Shown here: piece after piece, positions 11,432 to 25,430 of the stretch
Layout: every line of letters begins with the position of its first letter
Numbering within the stretch: position 1 is the stretch's first letter
DNA from: Octopus vulgaris
Taxonomy: Eukaryota
Direction of reading: 5' to 3'
DNA: 64,000 nt
Assembly: GCA_951406725.2 (NCBI GenBank)
Contig: OX597834.1
Coordinates: 6,200,001 to 6,264,000 of the forward strand
Program-made: the position numbers and the translations under genes
Notes under the pieces: model-generated
What the model saw: only the letters and a program-made list of their open reading frames with translations
Databases searched by the model: none
Told to the model about the DNA's origin: nothing

Positions 11432-11952
11432 TTTGGCAGAAACTTTAGCGCGCCGGGCGAAATGCTTAGCGGTATTTCGTCTGTCGTTACGTTCTGAGTT
11501 CAAATTCCACCGAGGTCGACTTTGCTTTTCATCCTTTCGGGGTCGATAAATTAAGTACCAGTTACACACTAGGGTCGATATAATCGACTTAATCCGTTTG
11601 TCTGTCCATGTTTGTCCCCTTTGTGTTTAGCCCCTTTTGGGTAATAAAGAAATTGGTATTTCATCTGCCGCTACGTTCTGAGTTCAAATTCCACCGAGGT
11701 CGACTTTGCCTTTCATCCTTTCGGGGTCGATAAATTAAGTACCAGTTACACACTAGGGTCGATATAATCGACTTAATCCGTTTGTCTGTCCATGTTTGTC
11801 CCCTTTGTGTTTAGCCCCTTTTGGGTAGTAAAGAAATAGGTATTTCGTCTGCCGCTATGTTCTGAGTTCAAATTCCACCGAGTTCGACTTTGCCTTTCAT
11901 CCTTTCGGGGTCGATAAATTAAGTACCAACTATGCACTGGGGTCAATGTAAT
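11432..11952 (+). mobile_element. SINE family B tandem multimer
   Basis: Head, two full bodies and one partial body. Confidence 0.9.
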
Positions 11953-12429
11953 CTAGCGGATGGAATGACCTCACAGGTGTTCCCCCTCAAGATCACTTTA
12001 CTCAAATATATTTATGTCCCCTCAATTAAGTGTTCTGGTACCAACTTGAAGAACTATTATCCTCATTAATTCCCACTTATATTAGTCAGTAATTTTTAAA
12101 CTCATAACTGTTATGTCTGAGAATTTTAGTCAAAGTCTTTTACCAACTCCAAAGTGTTTACTGAGATCAGGTCATTGGCAGTTAGTTGTCATAAACTCAT
12201 ATGTCCTCTGGCAACTTGGTGCTTTCGCTGTCATAAAATATCAGAATGGTAAAAGATTAAGATTACTGTCTTCGTCTCCAGCATCTCTTAGTAACGAAAA
12301 ATAATAAGTTCCATCCACGTCTACAGGAATGGTATGTCAGCAGGTTTTAATGATGGTCGAATTTGAAATGATTTAAGGGGCTTTCTTTGCTAAGATGATG
12401 AAAAAGACGATTGCAAGAATGTTGTTGCA

Positions 12430-12430
12430 T

Positions 12431-12461
<31 letters not shown>

Positions 12462-12775
12462 AGTGGTGGAGGTGGTGGTGGTGGTGGTGGTGATGCTGAG
12501 CATGATGACAATGATGATGATGATGGTGGTGGTAGTGATGGAGGTGGTGGTGGTGGTGATGCTGAGCATGATGACAATGATGATGGTGGTGGTGGTGGCC
12601 ATGATGATGATGATGATGGTGGTGGTAGTGGTGGAGGTGGTGGTGGTGGTGGTGGTAGTGATGGAGGTGGTGGTGGTGGTGGTGGTGGTGGCCATCATGA
12701 TGACGACGATGATGATGATGATGGTGGTGGGGGGTGATGATGATGATGATGATGATGGTAATCATGATGATAGAT
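12430..12775. repeat. (GAT)n/(GGT)n compound microsatellite
   Basis: Direct reading. Confidence 0.95.
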
Positions 12776-12959
12776 TCAGAAATGATGGTAATAGTACTTA
12801 TGAAGAATGGTAATGCAATCCTCAGGGGTAAACAAAGAAGCAGAGAAGAGGCAAAGATGAAAAGATCAATTTCATGGACTTGTATTTGAATGTGGTGTGT
12901 GCCTGTGCATATGCGTTTATACACATGTACATATATGTATACGTGTGTGTATGTTGCTC

Positions 12960-13800
<841 letters not shown>

Positions 13801-14146
13801 ATATCAGTCATATTTCCTTATGCAACAGTTTATCCATTGCACTTACAAAATTATTTTCATATATCAATTATGTGATAATATGGATGGTGACACTTATTTT
13901 AACCATCGAAACAGCTGTAGAAATGACTATAACATTACAAGATCTCTGTAGAATGTAAGATGAAATTATGGAACCTCTGTAAAATTGTTGCTTCTTATAA
14001 TTTCAAATATGCTGCTCTGAACATGTATTTTAGCCAACTTATGCAGATATGCAAATTCATTCCACTTATGACTTTTGCATTGTAAAATTGAGATTTTAAA
14101 TTTAGTTGATATAATTAATAGTGTTTAAAAACTAATTATGTATATA

Positions 14147-14350
14147 TCATCATCGTCGTCATCATCATTGTCATCATCTTTTAATGTCTATATTCCATGC
14201 TGGCATCTGTTGGACAGTTTGACAGTATCCAATGAGCCCAAAGATTGCTCCAGTGTTTGCTTTGACATGATTTCTACAGCTGTATGCCCTTCCTAATGCC
14301 GACCAATTTAAATTATGCACTGGGTGCTTTTCTTATGCCACCAGCCCTAT
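14147..14350 (-). mobile_element. SINE-like family C, diverged
   Basis: TACAGCTGTATGCCCTTCCTAATGCC motif and (CAT)n tail. Confidence 0.7.
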
Positions 14351-15232
14351 TTAGGTCACCATATCACTTGACAGACTATGTATCTCTGAGGGAGTGGAGT
14401 GGCTTTATACTAGGGGATGAGGGGTTAAAGTATGAAAGAACATGGAGGGAGAGCAGGTTCTTGTGGTAGAGGAGCTTCATGGTTACTCCCACTTTGAAGA
14501 GAGAATGAGAATGGAACAGTAGGAGTTGCAAAAAGAGAGATAGTGGTGTGGAGGTAACTGCTGTGTGGAAGTGGGTAGATAGCATTTGCGAGAGTGTAGG
14601 GGAAGCAGGAAATGGATGAGGGGCAGTAGAACGGAGGGAAAGCAAGAAGTAACTGCAAAAATTGGATTGAGTTATGTATATATATTATCTATACTATAAT
14701 GGAGAAAGCTGCTTATTTAATTAAGTATGTCACAATTACTAAAAGTACTAAAGGAAAGCAATTATAAAAGGGTTGACTGTCTGGAAATATTTTATAAATT
14801 CTTTGAAATTTCCTGTAATTTCAAATTCTCAAGTTTATTGAATTTTTTTAACTCAAATTTCTTGCAAAATTAAATATTCATTGCATTCACTGCGTCCAAT
14901 TCCTCACAAATTTAAATATTCATTGTATTCACTATGGAGTATTCCATTTTCATTTGCAAAGTCCCTCACTTTGTCTTTTAAGTTTTAATTTGCTATTTGG
15001 AAAACCAACAGTTTATTTTATTAATGTATGAGAAATGTAAAAATATTATTTATTTAATGAAAATTAACAAAAAAAATATCCGTATAATTTTTGAACACAG
15101 AATAGCAGTAAGAAGAACCAAAAAAGTTGGGTAATAACTATTAGAAGACTAGGATTGAAAAAGTTAGCGACAAGTACTTGAAATTTGCACCTTATTCCCA
15201 GTTTCCAAATATTCTTTACCACTAAGTCAATG

Positions 15233-15266
<34 letters not shown>

Positions 15267-15461
15267 AATACATACTTGTGCACACACATAGCTACACATA
15301 CACATAAAAGAAAAGGCAATGTATGGATGTGTTTACGTGTGTATGTGTGTGTGTGTGCTCGCTGACAAAACTTCGTGATGCATCACTTTTGTGAAATTTT
15401 GTCAGGTTGCAATTTCAGAGAAACGAAAATATTTTGACCCAAATGAAATTTTAATGCTGTA

Positions 15462-15862
15462 GTCGCAGGAGTGGCTGTGTGGTAAGTAGCTTGCTAACCA
15501 ACCACATGGTTTCGGGTTCAGTCCCACTGCGTGGCATCTTGGGCAAGTGTCTTCTGCTATTGCCCCGGGCCGACCAATGCCTTGTGAGTGGATTTGGTAG
15601 ACGGAAACTGAAAGAAGCCTGTCGTATATATGTATATATGTATGTGTGTGTGTTTGTGTGTCTGTGTTTGTCCCCCTATCATTGCTTGACAACCGATGCT
15701 GGTGTGTTTACGTCTCTGTCACTTAGCGGTTCGGTAAAAGAGACTGATAGAATAAGTACTGGGCTTACAAAGAATAAGTCCTGGGGTCGATTTGCTTGAC
15801 TAAAGGCGGTGCTCCAGCATGGCTGCAGTCAAATGACTGAAACAAGTAAAAGAGTAAAGAGA
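15462..15862 (+). mobile_element. SINE family A
   Basis: Full-length match to the other copies. Confidence 0.92.
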
Positions 15863-15880
15863 GTAGTGAAACTGCTAATA

Positions 15881-16068
15881 CTTAAATACAGTGGTCCCTT
15901 AATGGTACTACTTAAATACAGGGGTTACATACAAAACATTTTAAATGTTCACTGTGTGGACATGTAATGACACCCTAGCCCTAATCCTAACCCTAACCCT
16001 AAAAACCAACCCTCCCCTTCATATCATTATGTAGATGCATCAGGACCTCTGTATTTAAGCAGTGCCAT
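15881..16068. mobile_element. Small inverted-repeat element containing (CCCTAA)n-like repeats
   Basis: ATGGTACTACTTAAATACAGGGG (15902-15924) inverted at 16046-16068; CTTAAATACAG duplicated; internal CCCTAG/CCCTAA hexamers. Confidence 0.55.
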
Positions 16069-17055
16069 GAAAGTAATGGTTTTTGTGTTTTCTTGAATGG
16101 CTTACAAACTTCTTCCACACTGCAATTGTTTTTGTTTTAGCACACGATCTCAGATCAAGTCACTTGCTATGCAAGTACATGTCAGTAATTTTTAAAAATC
16201 ACAGTGGATAAATGCATACCCTCTCAGGCTACCCAATATTTTAATTTCTAAACAAACAATTGGAGCCAAGGAGTGGGGCTGCAAAAATTTCATAATTTCT
16301 CAAATTTTCCTTTTTTATAGCATATAAATGTATTTATAAATGTATAAACTGCAGTGCATCAGCATGGCAGCAGCTCTGAGCTGAAAATTTAATAATAAAA
16401 ATTATGGAGGAAAAATATTGAAAACCATCAATACATATGAGAGTGATAAAGAAACGAGGAGGGTTGTCTTTGGATGTGTTTCAAATTCTGGCACAAGGCC
16501 AGAAATTTCGAGATAAGGGGTAAGTTGCCTACAGTGACCCCCATGTTCAACTGGTAGATATTTTATTGACCCCTAAAAGGATGAAAGGAAAAGTCGACCT
16601 TGGCAGAATGTGAACTCAGAATGTAAAGATGGGCAAAATACTGCTAAGATTTTCATCCAGCATGCTATCAATTCTGCCAGCTCATCACCTTGATAATAAT
16701 ATAATTATTAAGGTGATTATAATTAAAAGAATATTAATAATGACTTCAGATTCTGGCACAAGACCGGTAGGTTTGGGTTTGGGTAAGTCAAGAACATCGA
16801 CCCCAGAGTTCAACCGGTGCATATTTTATCAACCCCAAAAAGGATGAAAGGCAAAGCTGGCCCCGGCAGAATTTGAACCCAGAATGTAAAAACAGATGAA
16901 ATGCCACTGAGTATTTTGCCTGGTATGAACGATAAGGCTTCTGCCAGCTTGCCGAGTTAACAATAACAACAACAACAATAAGCAGAAGATGATGATGATG
17001 ATGATGATTAATAACTAAGTAACTGTAGTTAAACAAGATAATATGAATATGCATA

Positions 17056-17223
17056 GGTGTAGGAGTTGTGTGGTAAGTAGCTTGCTTGCCAACCACATGG
17101 TTCCGGGTTCAGTCCCACTGCATGGCACCTTGGGCAAGTGTCTTCTATTATAGCCTCGGGCCGAATAAAGCCTTGTGAGTGGATTTGGTAGACGGAAACT
17201 GAAAGAAGCCTGTCGTATATATG

Positions 17224-17292
<69 letters not shown>

Positions 17293-17505
17293 GTTTGTGT
17301 GTCTGTGTTTGTCCCCCCCCCCAACATCGCTTGACAACCGATGCTGGTGTGTTTACATCCCTGTAACTTAGTGGTTTGGCAAAAGACACCGATATAATAA
17401 GTACTGGTCTCACAAAGAATAAGTCCTGGGGTCGATTTCTTTGACTAAAGGCGGTACTTCCACATGGCAGCAGTCACATGACTGAAACAAGTAAAAGAGT
17501 AATGA
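17056..17505 (+). mobile_element. SINE family A
   Basis: Full-length match. Confidence 0.92.
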
Positions 17506-17559
17506 GTATGCAAGATAACCATAATAACCAAATTGCTTAAATTCTTCTGTATCTAATCA

Positions 17560-19190
17560 GAATAAAATTAGAAATAAATATATATTGCGTAAAATTATTT
17601 CGTAGTTCAGTCTAAACATTGCTTCAAATGTGGCTCATAAATTTTTGAAAGCTTTAGAAAAACACTTCCCTAAATCCAGCCCATATCATAAAATTTTCAA
17701 TAGACACATAATTAAATTTGTTCCCTCTTCTATGCCAAATATTGCAGAATACACATCAGGGTTTAAGCATGGTAACTTAAGCTATAACTACTGACTCTCC
17801 ATGTAATAACACCACTCTTAGCTATTTAAATAACTGTAAGACCATATCTAAGGCAAATAGTCGATGTATACCTGCACATAACTCTAATAATAGAACTACT
17901 AATGATAGTTGAGCTGGGACCATTATAACGACCCATAATAAAGCTAACCTGCCATAATAAATCACTTTGTCTGAGTAATAACTGGTGTCTTCAGAAAAAC
18001 ATAGTGTATAAGTTCTCTTTCACTGCACTTGGTAAAGAGCATGTTTGTATTGGTGTCCTTTGTCTTTTTCCTCATTCAAACGTTGCTGGCAGAACCACAA
18101 TTCTACATCATCATCAGCATCATTTAACTTCCGTTTTCCGTGCTAGCACAGGTTTGACGGTTCGACCGGGGTCTAGGAAGCCAGGAGGCTGCACCAGGCT
18201 CCAGTCTGATCTGGCAGTGTTTCTACAGCTGGGTGCCCTTCCTAATGCCAACCACTCCTTGAGTGTAGTGGATGCTTTTTACGTGCCACCAGTACAGGTG
18301 CCAGGGGAGGCTGGCAGTGGCCACGATTGGCTGGTGCTTTTTACGTGCCACCAGCACAGGAGCCAGTCAAGGCGGCACTGGCATCGGCCACGTTCAGATG
18401 GTGCTTCGGCCATGTTCGGATGATGCTTTTTACGTGCCACTGGCACAGGTATCACAACTACTATTTTCATTTGATATTTATTTCGATGTTTATGCACTTG
18501 ACTCAAGAGGTCTCCTCAAGCACAGCAGGTCCTGTGCCACCGACACAGAAGCCAGTCAAGGCAGCACTGGCATCAGCCACGTTCAGATGGTGCTTTGTAT
18601 GTGCCGCCGGTACAGGTATCACAACTACTATTTCCATTTGATATTTATTTCGATGTTTATGTACTTGACTCAAGAGGTCTCCTCAAGCACAGCAGGTCCT
18701 GTGCCACCAACACAGAAGCTAGTCAAGGCAGCACTGGCATCGGCCATGTTGGGATGGTGCTTTGTACGTGCCGCCGGTACAGGTGTCGTAACTACAATTT
18801 CCATTTGATATTTATTTTGATATTGATGTTGAGTGACCTGCTGTGCTTGAGGAGACCTATTGAGTCAAGTACATCAACAATTCTACATTTAAACATAAAG
18901 ATAACACTAAAAATGTGTCTCTTGCTAATTTTGTACATTCTCTCACTGATAATAACATTCAATATAAAATTACTTGGTTCATCGTTACTAATGCACAGCT
19001 ACATAAAGGTAGCAGGGACTGCAGTAGTCTGTGTATATCTGAGTTAGTCCATATTAGTAGACTTAAACCAGATATTATAAACGAACATGATGAATTGATC
19101 ATAAGATGTCACCTTAAGAATAAATCTTTCCTGAAACCCACTTATATCACCTACACAAATAAACTTCCTGGCTCTGATCAAGATAATTAA
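17560..19190 (+). pseudogene. Degraded Naiad-type Penelope-like element (thumb and GIY-YIG), interrupted by a family-C insertion
   Basis: KFLKALEKHFPKSSPYHKIFNRHIIKFVPSSMPNI; CLQKNIVYKF...VCIG; SLANFVHSL..YKITWFIV...SLCISE...ELIIRCH. Confidence 0.82.
18109..18876 (-). mobile_element. SINE-like family C with internal ~180-bp tandem units and an inverted 5' end
   Basis: 12-bp TSD ACAATTCTACAT (18097-18108 / 18877-18888); GGAAGGGCA.CCAGCTGTAGAAAC motif. Confidence 0.9.
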
Positions 19191-19631
19191 CTACTTTCTA
19201 TCCAATAATGATCTTAATTCAGTTTCCCCTTTGTAATAGATAATGTTTAAAACCTTATTCTGACATTCTGCTATTATGTAATACTTCATCTATTTTAGAA
19301 TTCCAGTCTCTCATATCCGTACATTCTATGCGTTAACTGTTCTTTTTAAGTATTACTAAAGCTGTCATCCTTTGGTGACTGCCTTGGTTCAGTAATTCTA
19401 CAATTCTGAACTTCCTTACCGTCACTTTTGATTGTTTTAGTGTTAAATATTGTTTATTCACTCATTCAAAGTACTTTTCGTAATCCCTTTAGCAAGATTC
19501 AATTAAACAGAAACGTTTATTCTTTATCATTACAGACTGGCTGTATATTTACATCCATCTGCTTGTAAATGTGCTTGTAAACATCTCTATATATATATAT
19601 ATTTATATATCTATGTATGTGTATAGATACA

Positions 19632-20015
19632 GGCGCAGGAGTGGCTGTGTGGTAAGTAGCTTGTTTACCAACCACATGGTTCCGGGTTCAGTCCCACTGC
19701 GTGGCATCTTGGGCAAGTGTCTTCTGCTATAGCCCTGGGCCGACCAAAAGCCTTGTGATTGGATTTGGTAGATGGAAACTGAAAAGAAGCCTGTCGTATA
19801 TATGTATATATATATATATATATGCGTGTCTGTGTTTGTCCCCCTAGCATTGTGTGGTGTGTTTATGTCCCCGTTACTTAGCGGTTCGGCCAAAAAGAGA
19901 CCCGATAAGAATAAGTACTGGGCTTACAAAAGAATAAGTCCCGGGGTCAAGTTGCTCGATTAAAGGTGGTGCTCCAGCATGGCCGCAGTCAAATGACTGA
20001 AACAAGTAAAAGAGT
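19632..20015 (+). mobile_element. SINE family A
   Basis: Full-length match. Confidence 0.92.
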
Positions 20016-20074
20016 ATATGTGTATGACTATATCTATGTTTATATAAATATGCATGCTTGCATATTTATATGGG

Positions 20075-20667
20075 TTAGTTCCCCAGAGATCTAACCCTGA
20101 ATGGCTACCAACCATCTTTAGCCAAACAACGGCATCTAAAGAACATCAAGGTCAATAAACCCCAGAAGAACCATCATGGCACATGCTTTCTAAAGCTACC
20201 ATTCTTTGACGACAGAACTACTGCAGTGATACAACATGCAGTCTGCAGGGAAGGACTCGACATACAGATGGTGCACACCAGCCCTTCACTGAGAAAAGCT
20301 CTGTCCAAGAATAACACCTCTCACTACTCTAAGGAGAGCACAATGTCGAACTGCCCCGTCAATGACCCTGAATTGTGCCAGAGGATCTATGTTGTATATG
20401 ACATTATCTTAGGCAAATGTGGCACATCCTACATAGGAAGCATGACATGAAAACTGCATGTACGCATTAAGGAACACATTCAGGCAGACACTTCCGTGAA
20501 GAAACACTTACGGAAATGCCAGACATAGGAGTTCACAGTGCACATCAGGGCAACACAGTGGATCAGGGGCAACCTTAGAATCTCTGAGGCCTTCCTCATA
20601 CACCAAGAGAAGAAACCTAAGATCAACAATAGAAAAGAGTTACAGGAAGCAAGCTGGTTGCTATAGC
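20075..20667 (+). pseudogene. Penelope-like element GIY-YIG fragment
   Basis: NGYP; VVYDIILGKCGTSYIGSMT*KLHVRIKEH...NLRISEAFLIHQEKKPKINNRKE; contains stops. Confidence 0.82.
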
Positions 20668-20920
20668 AACACCTTTCCACACATGCCCTCTCCACACACA
20701 CTCACACATGCTCACACACGTACATCAGCAACAATAGTCAATTTCTTGAAATTGGGGTCATAACCCTGAAATATTGAATACAAGGTAAGTCTACATTAAT
20801 TCACATATTTGTTTTCTTGTGATTTACCTTGCATTTACTTTGCATTGTTTTGGCCTTACCCACAATTCTTTATACATTATACTCTACACAATGCTTCATA
20901 GTAATTATTCCATTATAATA

Positions 20921-20972
<52 letters not shown>

Positions 20973-21103
20973 AAAAGTAAGGTAAACACAAGTATAATGT
21001 ATTAGTTCTTTTGTACTTTTCCCCATTGTAGTTATTTGCAACTCAGCATTGGATGTGTAACTACATCAGAGGAACACTTAATTACATTTCTGTTACAGAG
21101 ATC

Positions 21104-21160
<57 letters not shown>

Positions 21161-21221
21161 TAATAATAATAATAATAATAATGATAATAATAATAATGAT
21201 AATAACAATAATGATAATAAC

Positions 21222-21279
<58 letters not shown>

Positions 21280-21303
21280 TTAACAATAATAATAATAATA
21301 ATA
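21104..21303. repeat. (AAT)n microsatellite
   Basis: Direct reading; resumes at 22286-22513 and 23060-23088. Confidence 0.97.
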
Positions 21304-22285
21304 AGTGAAATAATGGCAACGAAAAAAGCGCATGAGCAATTGGCTGATAGGTGGGAGGAGAAACCTCTGCACGGCAAATATGTGGCCCATAGCAAACAAG
21401 CTGATGTTGACCAGAAGCAAACCCATCAGTGGCTACGGAGCTCAGGGCTAAAAGCAGAGAGCAAAGGTTTCATCCTGGCTGCTCAAGATGAAAGCCTATT
21501 AACCCGGAACTACCAGGCCAATGTGATGAAAAATGGAGCAGACCCAAAATGCCGATTCTGCAATGACATGATTGAAACAGTGGACCATCTAATCTCTGGA
21601 TGTAAAGTCTTAGCACCAGTGGAGTATAAATTAAGACATGACAGAGTTGGCCAATATCTACACTGGCTAATAAGTCGGCATTACAATATCAAAACTGCCG
21701 ACAAGTGGTATAATCACCACCCTGAAGCTGTAACTGAAGGAGAAAATGTAACCATTCTGTGGGACTTTCCAGTACATACAGACTGAACCATCAAAGCCAA
21801 TAAACCAGATATTGTTGTGAAAGACCAAAACAATAAAGTTTGCTTATTGATCAACATGAGCATCCCCTGTGATCATAATATCTCGGTGAAAGAGTTTGAC
21901 AAGCTCATAAAATATAAAGACCTACTCATTGAAATTGAGAAAATGTGGCATCTCAAGGCGGTTACAATACCAGTGATCGTAGGAGCACTAGGAATGATCA
22001 AGAAGGGAACCGAAAATTATATGAGAATGATCTCTGGCTTACCATCCCTGCAAGAAGTGCAAAAGATTGTCTTAACTGGTACATCACACGTATTGAGAAG
22101 AGCATTGTCGCTGTGAGAACTGTTGCTGCTCATGTATTTTAATTTAACTTAAAGAAAAAAAAATGAACGAACTATTGAGTTTGGTTTAATGGCCTACCAA
22201 TGTATACTATGAGCTTCTTTGCCCTAGGAGTCGGAAAGACACTCGGCAAGAAATGGAAGCAAATTTGAAAAAAGAGGAAAAAAAG
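21304..22285 (+). mobile_element. R4/Dong-type non-LTR retrotransposon 3' end (CCHC knuckle, restriction-like endonuclease, 3' UTR)
   Basis: KPLHGKY...HQWLRSSGLK..AAQD..CRFC...ETVDHLISGC...RHDRV...ILWDFPVHTD*TIKANKPDIV...KYKDL...IPVIVGALG; single in-frame TGA at 21784; embedded in (AAT)n. Confidence 0.93.
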
Positions 22286-22328
<43 letters not shown>

Positions 22329-22472
22329 CAATAATAATAATAACAACAACAACAATAATACTAATTATAATTATCATAACAATAATAATAATAACAACAT
22401 AACAAATAGTAATAATAATATATGAAAAATATCAATAATAATGATTCAATAATAAAAAATGCAAAAATATAT

Positions 22473-22513
<41 letters not shown>

Positions 22514-22516
<3 letters not shown>

Positions 22517-23059
22517 GCCCTGATGCAGTACCAGGCAGTGGTTCTCGTGGCTTCTGATCTTAACTAATTGGAAGTGTTATCATGTACATTGTTTTGTCTT
22601 GGTATAAAAGATGGGCTACAACAGATTTGCTTATCAGTTGTTTGACCTTAACCAGTTGAACATGTCCCTTAATGGGCTGACGGTATGTCCCTTAGTGGGC
22701 TGACGATCACGAGCAGAAGTAATGGGGAAGCATCATAGCTAACTGTTGAAAGGAATTCTTAGAGGTTTGGATAACTCACCTTTGGAAACATTGATGGTTC
22801 ATTCAACATCCTTAAACAACCCTTATTCAGGGATCTTTTGAGCAGGATGGGTTACTCAACCAGAAGGAAATTCTAACTGGGCCCCACCTGCAAGGTCATG
22901 TGCTGTTTATCTTGATATGAGATCACCATGTCATGCACATATGGTTGTGATGCATGTGCCTAGTATACCCTTATCAGACAAGTAGTCATGATGGGTATAT
23001 TAGGCTTCATATAATTGTACCCCAATATCACTTTGATGGCATGCACTACTCTCTCACTC
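22514..23059. mobile_element. Unclassified ~545-bp non-coding insertion within (AAT)n
   Basis: Higher-GC block with sharp boundaries to (AAT)n on both sides; no ORF, TIR or tRNA head seen. Confidence 0.55.
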
Positions 23060-23459
23060 AATAATAATAATAATAATGATAATAATATTGAGTATATATA
23101 CACACATTCACACACACACACACACACATAACATGTATATATATATATGTATATATATGATTATCCAAAAATTATAATGTGTTCTTAAGGTGAGAGAATC
23201 TTTTTCTTTAAATAATATTATTGGCATAATGATTCCCACCACCACCACCACCACCACCAAGATACAACAAAATCTGTTTCAACACACTCATCCACATTAA
23301 GAATATTGCAAACCAAATTCCAAAATATTATATTAGAAAACTATCAGAGAATTTTATGTAAAATACTGATATAAAATATGAGCTGGTAATGGATACTTGC
23401 AGGTAACTTGGATATTTGTGAGTATGTGTCTCTCTTTTAAGATACTGAAATGTTCCAAA

Positions 23460-23875
23460 GGCGGCGAGCTGGCAGAATCGTTAGCACGCTGGGCGAAATA
23501 CTTAGCGGTATTTTATTTGCCAGTACGTTCTGTGTTCAAATTCCGCCAAGGTCGACTTTACCTTTCATCCTTTCGGGGTCGATTAAGTAAGTACCAGTTA
23601 CGCACTGGGGTAGATATAATCGACTGAATCCATTTGTCTGTCATTGTTTGTCCTCTCCATGTTTAGCCCCTTGTGGGTAGTAAAGAAATAGGTATTTTGT
23701 CTGCCGCTACATTCTGAGTTCAAATTCCGCTGAAGTCGACTTTGCCTTTCATCCTTTCGGGGTCGATTAAATAAGTACCAGTTATGCACTGGGGTCGATA
23801 TAATCGACTTAATCCATTTGTCTGTTCTTGTTTGTGCTCTCTGTGTTTAGCCCCTTGTCGGTAGTAAAGAAACAG
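23460..23875 (+). mobile_element. SINE family B dimer
   Basis: Head GGCGGCGAGCTGGCAGAA plus two bodies; ~15-bp TSD GATACTGAAATGTTC/GATATTGAAATATTC. Confidence 0.9.
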
Positions 23876-24420
23876 ATATTGAAATATTCACAACAGACTT
23901 TTTCTATCAGCATTTTCCTTTGCACTTAACATAATAAAGGGACAGAATACATGTTTTTATTATTTCCTGACCATGTGTGAATATGTGTTTGAAGAAGTGT
24001 GATGAGGGTGGAACGGAATATTTGAAGCGAGAGAAGAGACAACCAAGAATGGAGATTGCAAACCGATACACAATGTAAAGAAGATGAAAGCTTGAGGAGA
24101 GAAAGAGAGAGAAGGGGGGAGGAAGAGAGAAAGAGAGAGAGAGGGAAAGGAAGAGAAAGTGTTTGTGTAGAAGACTCAACAAGTGCAAGAAATACTGAGA
24201 TATGGAATGTCTTGTAGTTCAGATGGCACCTTCTGATACTGGAAAAGGAACTTGCTCAAAGAATCTAGGAAGCATTTGTGCTTAAAATGGAAATATATGA
24301 AGTGGTTAGAAATACTGGAAAGAGAGAGAGAGAGAGACAAAGAGAGAGAGGATAAAGACAGAAAAAGAGAGAGGGAACGGCAGAGAAGAAGAGAAAGGGA
24401 AGAAGGAGAGATAGAGAGAA

Positions 24421-24451
<31 letters not shown>

Positions 24452-24611
24452 CAGAGAGAGAGGCAAGGTTTACAATAGGCATGTGAGATTGCAGTGTTCG
24501 CTTTATGAAAAATTCTACAAAAGAGTAGGTACTTTCATGTAAGTTTATGTAAGAGAGAGAAAGAGATATCAAAAGTATGTTTGAAAAGTGCGTGTGTGTG
24601 TGTGTGTGTAT

Positions 24612-25023
24612 ACTCTTTACTCTCTTTTATTCTTTTACTTGTTTCAGTCATGTGACTGTGGCCATGCTGGAGCACCACCTTTAGTCGATCAAATCGACCC
24701 CAGGACTTATTCTTTGTAAGCCTAGTACTTATTTTTATCGGTCTCTGTTTTTGCTGAACCGCTAAGTTACAGGGACGTAAACACACCAGCATCAGTTGTC
24801 GAGCGATGTTGAGGGGAACAAACACAGACACACAAATACACACATACATATATATATATATATACATATATATGGCGGGGCTTCTTTCAGTTTCTGTCTA
24901 CCAAATCCACTCACAAGGCTTTGGTCAGCCCGAGGCTATAGTAGAAGACACTTACCCAAGGTGCCACGCAGTGGGACTGAACCCAGAACCATGTGGTTTG
25001 TAAGCAAGATACTTACCACACAG
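24612..25023 (-). mobile_element. SINE family A
   Basis: Reverse-complement match. Confidence 0.92.
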
Positions 25024-25430
25024 GGTTACTTCAGGAAAAACACTCAGCTGCAAAATGAGAATTTCCTAAAAGAAGCTGCTTAAAATATGCAATATGCATG
25101 TGCATGCACGCACACATACACACACACACACACACGCACACACACACACACGCACACACATAGAATTATTTGCAGAATCCAAAAGAATCGAGGTATTTAA
25201 ATAATAATTACATCAAGGTAGAATCAAGGACAGCATAAAAGAAAACCTTTTTTTTTTTCTATCATGATGCCAAAAATTTATTCATCAATAAAAAACATAT
25301 TCTTAAGAATCGAACTTGGAAAATTATAGGACAAGTGGTAACTAAGCCTTAAAAAATATAGGACAAAGAGTGAAAACTTAAAATATTGCTGCCAAAGTTA
25401 AACTTTGCTAAATAAACTTCAGAAATATAT

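Noticed and set aside
20741-20785. HHR-like remnants downstream of Penelope fragments (also 43075-43120 on - and 55960-56090)
   Set aside because: Core or stem I too degenerate to support a call
21784-21786. In-frame TGA as possible selenocysteine or readthrough (also 37394)
   Set aside because: Both fall where Arg would be expected and fit CGA to TGA CpG decay; no SECIS identified
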